This document shows, piece after piece, positions 58,378 to 64,000 of a stretch of DNA of 64,000 nucleotides (position 1 is the first letter of the stretch; each line of letters starts with the position of its first letter). The notes under the pieces were generated by a model that was not told the origin of the DNA, made no database searches, and worked only from the letters and a program-made list of their open reading frames with translations. This DNA comes from an uncultured delta proteobacterium (GTDB lineage Bacteria; Myxococcota; Kuafuiibacteriia; Kuafuiibacteriales; Kuafuiibacteriaceae), in NCBI GenBank assembly GCA_963803435.1, contig CAWDML010000001.1, positions 2,912,001-2,976,000 on the forward strand. Reading direction: 5' to 3'. Both the position numbers and the translations under genes were made by a program.

Positions 58378-58908
58378 GTGGAGCGCGTCGCGCGAGCCGA
58401 GCTCCATCGAGCGATGGAGCGACTCCGAGACGGAGACCGGAGCGCATTCGAGCCGGTCTACGCGGCGGTCCGTCCGCTGGTGGAGGCGTTCGCGGCTCGG
58501 ATGCTCGGACCGAGCGACGCCGGCGACGTGGCGCAAGACACCTTGCTCGGGGTCTTCTCGCGCGCGAGTGAGTTCGATCCCTCGCGCGACGCGCTCACCT
58601 GGATACTCGGGATCGCCGCCTGGAATTGCCGGACGGCGAGGAGGAAGATCGCGCGCCGTCGCGAGGACCACTCGACGGTCGAGCGAAGAGACGACACCAC
58701 GCCTGAGGACCTGGCGATCCGAAACGAGCTGACGGCTGCGATCGGCGAGCTGCTGGGAGAGCTGGGCGCTGCCGACGCAGAGGCGATCCTCGCCGCGATC
58801 GAGGCGCGCGATCGGCCTCCGATCGAGCCCGCCGCCTTTCGCAAGCGGCTGCAACGCGCACTGACCCGACTGCGGAGCGCGTGGGGAGCGAGACATGGCA
58901 CAGACTGA
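58378..58908 (+). CDS. ECF sigma factor (region 4 divergent)
   Basis: GDRSAFEPVY, AGDVAQDTLL, LTWILGIA, AFRKRLQRALTRLR. Confidence 0.8.
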   Translation: MERVARAELHRAMERLRDGDRSAFEPVYAAVRPLVEAFAARMLGPSDAGDVAQDTLLGVFSRASEFDPSRDALTWILGIAAWNCRTARRKIARRREDHSTVERRDDTTPEDLAIRNELTAAIGELLGELGAADAEAILAAIEARDRPPIEPAAFRKRLQRALTRLRSAWGARHGTD

Positions 58909-59428
58909 CGACCTCTCGAAGGCGAGAGCCAGGCGAGCCTACGAGCTCGGTCGCCTCCGCCGCGCGCTGCGCTTCTCGATCTATCCGCTACCGCTGGTCG
59001 CGCTCTCGGGACACGCGTGCGGGACTCCGCTGACGTCTGGGCTGGCGGGCGCGCTCCTGGTGATCTCCGTGGTGTTCCTGGCCTGGCGCGGTGGCGCGTA
59101 TGAGTCCGCGATTGTCCCCGGGCTCGCCGCCGGCCTGGGGGCCTTCGCGGTCCCGTTCGCTGGCCATTTTCTCGGCTGCGACGGCGTGACCCGGTTCACC
59201 TCGGCGAGCCTGTGCTTCCTCGGCGGTGTGCTCACCGGCGCGTTCCTCGGCGCGCGCTGTCTGAGACAGCCGCTCCATCGCGGCCGCTTCCTGGCGGCAG
59301 GATGCGCGATCGCCATGCTGGTGGGTGCGCTCGGGTGTGTACTGGCGGGCCTCGGCGGAGTTCTGGGGATGATGCTCGGCGTGACCAGCGTCTCGATCCC
59401 TGCGGTGTTGCTGGTGCGCAGAGCCTGA
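58895..59428 (+). CDS. Multi-TM Cys-containing membrane protein, probable anti-sigma (NrsF-like)
   Basis: Overlaps the ECF stop; RRAYELGRLRRA, then ~6 TM helices with Cys, including GALGC. Confidence 0.6.
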   Translation: MAQTDDLSKARARRAYELGRLRRALRFSIYPLPLVALSGHACGTPLTSGLAGALLVISVVFLAWRGGAYESAIVPGLAAGLGAFAVPFAGHFLGCDGVTRFTSASLCFLGGVLTGAFLGARCLRQPLHRGRFLAAGCAIAMLVGALGCVLAGLGGVLGMMLGVTSVSIPAVLLVRRA

Positions 59429-59442
59429 CCCACACTCTTCGA

Positions 59443-60957
59443 GTGCGCCGTCTCGCCCTCACCGCTTCGCTCCTGCTCGCGGGCTGCTTCGACGAGCCGA
59501 CCTACGAGGGCCTCTCCTGCGACGACAACGAGCCGTGTCCCTCCGGCTTTCGCTGCGTGAACAACGCCTGCACCGACCGGCCACCGGCCCCCCTCGACGC
59601 CGGGGCGAGCACGGACGGCGGCTCGGACGAGGACGCGAGCGGTCGCGACAGCGGCGGCGAGGTCGCGGACGGCGGCACGATCGACGTGGGCCCGGGCGAC
59701 GCCGGTGATCCCAACCTGGCGCGCTGCAGCGATCCCGTCTCGTACCCCAGCGCCGGCTGGGAGGTCCGCCACTTCACGCTCGCCGCCGGGCCCACCTTCG
59801 ACCAGTGCTTCGGGGTCGAGGACCTCGCCTCCGATGACATCGATCGCGACTACGCCGGCAACGGTCCATTGAATGGAACGATCACCGACTTCGGCTCGCG
59901 CTACACCGCGACCCGCACGTTCCTGGAGGGCGTCTATACTTTCACGTTCACGCACGACGATGGCATCCGGGTGCGGATCGACGGACAGCTCGTCTACGAG
60001 CAATGGGTGCACGGCCTGGTGACGGACGCGCACGCCTATTCGGCCTACCTCACCGCCGGCGAGCACCAGCTCGAGGTCGAGCACTACGACGACGGCGGTT
60101 GGGCGCAGATCGTCGTCTCGTGGCAGCGCGGCTGCGCCGGCGTGACGGCCCCCTCCGGCGGTTGGGCGCTCAGCTACCACCCCTACGATCCGGGCACGAA
60201 CACGCTGATCTACGATCAGTGCTACGGCGTCGAGGCCGTGTCCTCCACCTTCCTGAACATCACCGGCACGCCGGCCCTGGTGGCGGCGCAGGGCGTCACG
60301 ACCAACTACGGGATCGTCGGCCACGGCCTCCACGACTACCGCGGCCTGACCCGCCTCGACTTCGCCTATCGCGACGGTCTGCGCGCCGGCGTCGACGGCT
60401 TGCCCGGCTTCGACGACTGGACCGCCCAGGCCCCCACCGCCCGCTCCCTCGAGCAATATCTCCCCGTCCCCGGCGGCGTCGACTTCGAGAAGTTCGTCAC
60501 GAGCGGGAGCGATCTGCTTTCGATCAGCTGGACGAGCCTCTGCGACGAGATGCCCACGGGGCTCAGCACGGCAGAGTGGTGGGTCCGCTATTACCGCATC
60601 CTCTACACCTCGAGCCCCGAGTCCTGGACGATCGATCGCGACGACTGTCTCGGCGTCCAGACGATCGCGACCGATCAGCTGACCCAGAGCGGCGAGCCGA
60701 ATCCCATCCTTTCCATCGGCGCGACCTCGCTCTGGGGCGGCGAGTTCTTCGGGACGCGGATCTTCGGGACCGCGACGACGATCAGCCTCACCTACGACGA
60801 CGGCATCCGGGTCTACGACGGCGGGGCGCTCCTCTACGAGAGCTGGCTCGGGCCCCAGGTGGGCCAGGGAACGATCCAGGCCGGCGCCGGGTCCCACGCC
60901 TTTCGCATCGAGTACTTCCAGAACTACGGCGGCACGCAGATCCGGTTCAACTGGTGA
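59443..60957 (+). CDS. PA14-domain lipoprotein
   Basis: Lipobox LAGC; Cys-rich module; three repeated domains with HDDGIRVRIDG, YRDGLRAGVDG and YDDGIRVYDGG. Confidence 0.78.
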   Translation: MRRLALTASLLLAGCFDEPTYEGLSCDDNEPCPSGFRCVNNACTDRPPAPLDAGASTDGGSDEDASGRDSGGEVADGGTIDVGPGDAGDPNLARCSDPVSYPSAGWEVRHFTLAAGPTFDQCFGVEDLASDDIDRDYAGNGPLNGTITDFGSRYTATRTFLEGVYTFTFTHDDGIRVRIDGQLVYEQWVHGLVTDAHAYSAYLTAGEHQLEVEHYDDGGWAQIVVSWQRGCAGVTAPSGGWALSYHPYDPGTNTLIYDQCYGVEAVSSTFLNITGTPALVAAQGVTTNYGIVGHGLHDYRGLTRLDFAYRDGLRAGVDGLPGFDDWTAQAPTARSLEQYLPVPGGVDFEKFVTSGSDLLSISWTSLCDEMPTGLSTAEWWVRYYRILYTSSPESWTIDRDDCLGVQTIATDQLTQSGEPNPILSIGATSLWGGEFFGTRIFGTATTISLTYDDGIRVYDGGALLYESWLGPQVGQGTIQAGAGSHAFRIEYFQNYGGTQIRFNW

Positions 60958-60966
60958 GGCCGGCGT

Positions 60967-62238
60967 TCAGCCCGAGAACCGGTAGCCCAGGCGGACGAAG
61001 AACAGCTGGTAGAACAGGTCGGGCTCGATGAACGCCTGATACATGGCGGTCAGTCGGACCGGGCCGAGCTGCCCCCAGAGCATTGCGTTCACGTCGTAGA
61101 TGACGCCGACGGCCTGGGCGTTGAGCACGCTGAAGCCGGCGTCGGCGCCGAGCCAAGTGAGACCTTCGAAGCCCGCTTGAAGTCCGCCCGTCTGGTAGCG
61201 CGTTCCGAAGTAGTCCCGGTACGCGCCGTACAGATCCGCATAGCCGAGCGTGGGGCTCACCAGCTTCACGCCGCCGCGGCCCTCCCAGCCCTGCGCGCCG
61301 TCTTCGTGGCGCACATCGTAGCGACCCGAGAGGTACGGGCTCACCGCGCCGAGGATGTGGAAGTTGGTGACCAGGCGGGCGCTGGTCCGGCGGGATCCGA
61401 CGGGCAGCGGGCCGTCCAGCGAGAACCCGAGGCGCGCCCTCTCCTGCTCGATCCAGTCCTGCCACCACTTGTTGGGGAGGATGCTGTGCACGTGGCTGCC
61501 GGTCAGCGAGAAGTCGACGAAGGAGGCCGGACGATAGCGCACGGTCGCGAGCGCGTTGCTCACGTCGACGCCGCCCGGCGCGGCGAAGTCGACGACGCCG
61601 TTGGCGAACAGGCTCAGGGTGCGGCCGAACGCCAGGTAGAGCCGCTCGGAGGCGTAGAGGCGATCGAGCTTGCCGCGGTAGAGCTGCGCGTTCAGACCGC
61701 CGGCGTTGTCGATCAACGAGGAGCGATACGAGTAGGCCGCGCCGCCGCCAGCGAAGTCGGCGTTGAACGCCGCCGTGATCGGGTGCGGGATGAGCCCGCC
61801 GAACAGGCTGGTGGTGAGACCGTCCGCGAGCCCGAACGCGACCCGCGCGCCGTCCACCTGCGCCGTCCCGATCTCGATGATCGGGATGCGGCCCAGACCG
61901 ACCGACCACTGCTCATCCCGGCCGTACTGGAAGAAGGCCCGGTTGAGATCGTAGCGGCTCGGCGAGATGCCGTCCTCGGTGAGGCGTCCCCGTCCGTCGA
62001 AGGAGAACGACAGGTCCTTCAGCCCGAACAGATCCACCGCCTCGGTACGCAGGCGGAGGTCGGTGAAGAGCCGGTGGACGTCCGTGACCGAGTCGTCGGT
62101 GACGAGCTGCGATACATCGACCAGGAGCTCCAGGCGGGTCTCCACCTCGGGCGCGACGTTGGTCGTGACCTCCACGTTGGCGCCCGCGCCGGCCACCATG
62201 AGCAGCGTCGCGAGCTCGAAGACCGGGCTCGGGATCAT
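60967..62238 (-). CDS. Outer-membrane beta-barrel protein
   Basis: Signal-like N-terminus; amphipathic strands, VGLGR, VDGA; ends FVRLGYRFSG; 10 nt downstream of the cytochrome gene. Confidence 0.75.
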   Translation of the reverse strand: MIPSPVFELATLLMVAGAGANVEVTTNVAPEVETRLELLVDVSQLVTDDSVTDVHRLFTDLRLRTEAVDLFGLKDLSFSFDGRGRLTEDGISPSRYDLNRAFFQYGRDEQWSVGLGRIPIIEIGTAQVDGARVAFGLADGLTTSLFGGLIPHPITAAFNADFAGGGAAYSYRSSLIDNAGGLNAQLYRGKLDRLYASERLYLAFGRTLSLFANGVVDFAAPGGVDVSNALATVRYRPASFVDFSLTGSHVHSILPNKWWQDWIEQERARLGFSLDGPLPVGSRRTSARLVTNFHILGAVSPYLSGRYDVRHEDGAQGWEGRGGVKLVSPTLGYADLYGAYRDYFGTRYQTGGLQAGFEGLTWLGADAGFSVLNAQAVGVIYDVNAMLWGQLGPVRLTAMYQAFIEPDLFYQLFFVRLGYRFSG

Positions 62239-62248
62239 GGGGCTCCTC

Positions 62249-64000
62249 TCATGGCATCGGCACCCGGGCCCCCATCCAGGTCAGCTGGGTGTGGCACTCG
62301 GTACAGTCCATGGAGAAGGACTCCAGGACGTGGTTGGGTTCATTCCTCGGATCGAGATAGTCGCCCTGGTGGCAGCCGATGCACTCTCGCGGCGTGCCGA
62401 GGTACGTCCCTCCGATGTGGCAGCTCGTGCACCGGTTCGTGCGGTGAACGCCAGCGAGCTCGTACCAGGGGTGGATCGGACGGGCCGGTGAGAAGCTGAC
62501 CTCGGTGTGGCAGGTCTCGCATTCGGTCATCTCGGGGCCGTGCGGCGGGTCGATCACGGCCGACGCGGCGGTCTGATGGCACTGCTGGCAGTCGCGCGGC
62601 GTGCCCGCGTAGACGCCCACCCGATGACAGTCGCGACAGAGGGCCGCCGCGTGCATCCCCCGGAGGGGATAGCCGGCCAGCGTATGGTTGAACCGCGCCG
62701 GCAGCCACTCGGTCTGCTGGTGGCAACCGCCGCACTCGAAGCCGAGCGCGTTGTTGTGCGTGTCGTCTTTCTGGTGGCAGACGAAGCACTGATCCCCCAC
62801 GCCGGCCAGCTTGCGGTTCTCGGTGTGGCAGGTGACGCAGGCGAGCTGATCGTGGCGGCCCATCAGCCGGAACGCGCCGGTGTCGTGGACCTTCCGCGAC
62901 GCTTCGAACGACTCGGTGTTGTGGCAGGTGGAGCACTCCTTGCCGTAGCCGCCCTCGTGCACGTCGAAGTGACAGTCCGCGCACCCGCCGCCCATGGTCG
63001 GGAAGTGGAGATCGAGCTTGCCCAGCTCGACGCCCTTGTTCCACCCCACCTGCGGCGGAGGATCGATCTTCGGCTGGTGGCAGTAGCCGCACTTCGTGTC
63101 CTTGTGCACGCCGGTGAGCGCGAAGTCGGTCATCAGATCATGCTCGAACTTTGGCGCCCCCTTCACCGGGATATGGCACTTCTCGCACTCGACACCGAGC
63201 TGCGCCTTGTGGGGATCGTCGTCGAAGTGGCAGTCCGCGCAGCGGAGCTGGTTCGTCTTGTACTTGCGATTCGGATGACACTTTGCGCACTCGACCTTCT
63301 GGTGGAGCCCCACCAGCGCGAACTGCGACTGATGGTCGTGATCGAATACCGTCTCCTTGTATTTGACCTCGGGTGAGTGGCACCGGTCGCACTTGTCGCC
63401 GAGCTCTCCCTTGTGGGAGTCCTCGTGGCACTGAACGCAGCGCAGCTTGTCGTTGCGGTAGTTCCCGGCCTCGTGACACTTGGCGCACTCCACGTCTTGA
63501 TGGAGGCCGACCAGCGCGAAGCGGGTGTCCTTCTGGTGGTCGAAGTCGAGCTTCTTCGACCCGCCCTCGACGTGGCAGGCCGTGCACTGCTTGTCGTCGA
63601 ACTGGCCGTCGTGGGCCTTCTCGTGCGTGTGGCAGGTGCGGCACTCCTTCCCCACGCCCAGCTTCTCGAAGCGCGTGGGGCCCTTGCCGCGGTGGCAGCT
63701 CCGGCATTCGAGCCGGGTGTGCTTGCCCGTCAGCGCGAACTTGGCATCCTTGGCGTGATCGAAGCTCTCGATCTTCTTCTTTCCGCCGAGCGCGTGACAC
63801 GTGGCGCACGTGAACTGTGAGAACCGCTCGCGGTGGGGATCACCGTGGCACCCCTCGCAGTTGCGAGCCGGCTTCTTCTTCGGCGAGTCGTGGCACTTGG
63901 AGCACCTCTTGGTGTCGTGCTGACCGCGCAGCGGGAACTTCGTCTTCTCGTGCGAGAAGGACGGCTTGCTGAAGACGTCGATCGAGTGGCACTGGCTGCA
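62249..64000 (-). CDS. Very large multiheme c-type cytochrome (triheme repeats); truncated at the right edge
   Basis: The frame is open to position 64000; 25 CxxCH motifs counted in the visible 583 codons; repeat F.H...F.L.G.H....CxxCH. Confidence 0.92.
   Translation of the reverse strand, partial: CSQCHSIDVFSKPSFSHEKTKFPLRGQHDTKRCSKCHDSPKKKPARNCEGCHGDPHRERFSQFTCATCHALGGKKKIESFDHAKDAKFALTGKHTRLECRSCHRGKGPTRFEKLGVGKECRTCHTHEKAHDGQFDDKQCTACHVEGGSKKLDFDHQKDTRFALVGLHQDVECAKCHEAGNYRNDKLRCVQCHEDSHKGELGDKCDRCHSPEVKYKETVFDHDHQSQFALVGLHQKVECAKCHPNRKYKTNQLRCADCHFDDDPHKAQLGVECEKCHIPVKGAPKFEHDLMTDFALTGVHKDTKCGYCHQPKIDPPPQVGWNKGVELGKLDLHFPTMGGGCADCHFDVHEGGYGKECSTCHNTESFEASRKVHDTGAFRLMGRHDQLACVTCHTENRKLAGVGDQCFVCHQKDDTHNNALGFECGGCHQQTEWLPARFNHTLAGYPLRGMHAAALCRDCHRVGVYAGTPRDCQQCHQTAASAVIDPPHGPEMTECETCHTEVSFSPARPIHPWYELAGVHRTNRCTSCHIGGTYLGTPRECIGCHQGDYLDPRNEPNHVLESFSMDCTECHTQLTWMGARVPMP

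Noticed and set aside
1-64000. Numerous long antisense and alternative-frame ORFs in the track
   Set aside because: Arg/Ala/Pro/Gly-rich shadow ORFs typical of high-GC DNA, each overlapping a well-supported gene.

Overview
A very GC-rich, gene-dense bacterial window from an LPS-producing diderm. Ser/Thr kinases, cysteine-rich lipoproteins, PilZ proteins and an ECF-anti-sigma-caspase operon point to Myxococcota or a related deltaproteobacterial lineage (inference). No rRNA, tRNA, CRISPR array or mobile element was recognised. Housekeeping genes: guaB1-type GMP reductase, motAB, pepQ, 2-oxoacid dehydrogenase E2/E1-alpha, lipB, lpdA, waaA, msbA, polA, tatA, prc. The strongest candidate for an undescribed system is the 8.5-19.1 kb locus. 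It combines enzymes (ThDP enzyme, two active-site-divergent citrate-synthase-fold proteins, a heme-oxygenase-like dimetal oxidase, a PilZ/GNAT-like protein) with a V4R-type sensor kinase and two reciprocally degenerate receiver-kinase hybrids, suggesting a small-molecule make-and-sense (autoinducer-like) module. Other candidates: a sigma54-type small RNA with an anti-Shine-Dalgarno seed (~32.0-32.1 kb), a 35-aa exported peptide ending in CCPFCH in front of an ECF/anti-sigma pair (58.3 kb), and a cytochrome with at least 25 CxxCH motifs next to a beta-barrel gene (61-64 kb). Several single-base frameshifts look like assembly errors. All family calls come from reading motifs by eye, not from database searches.
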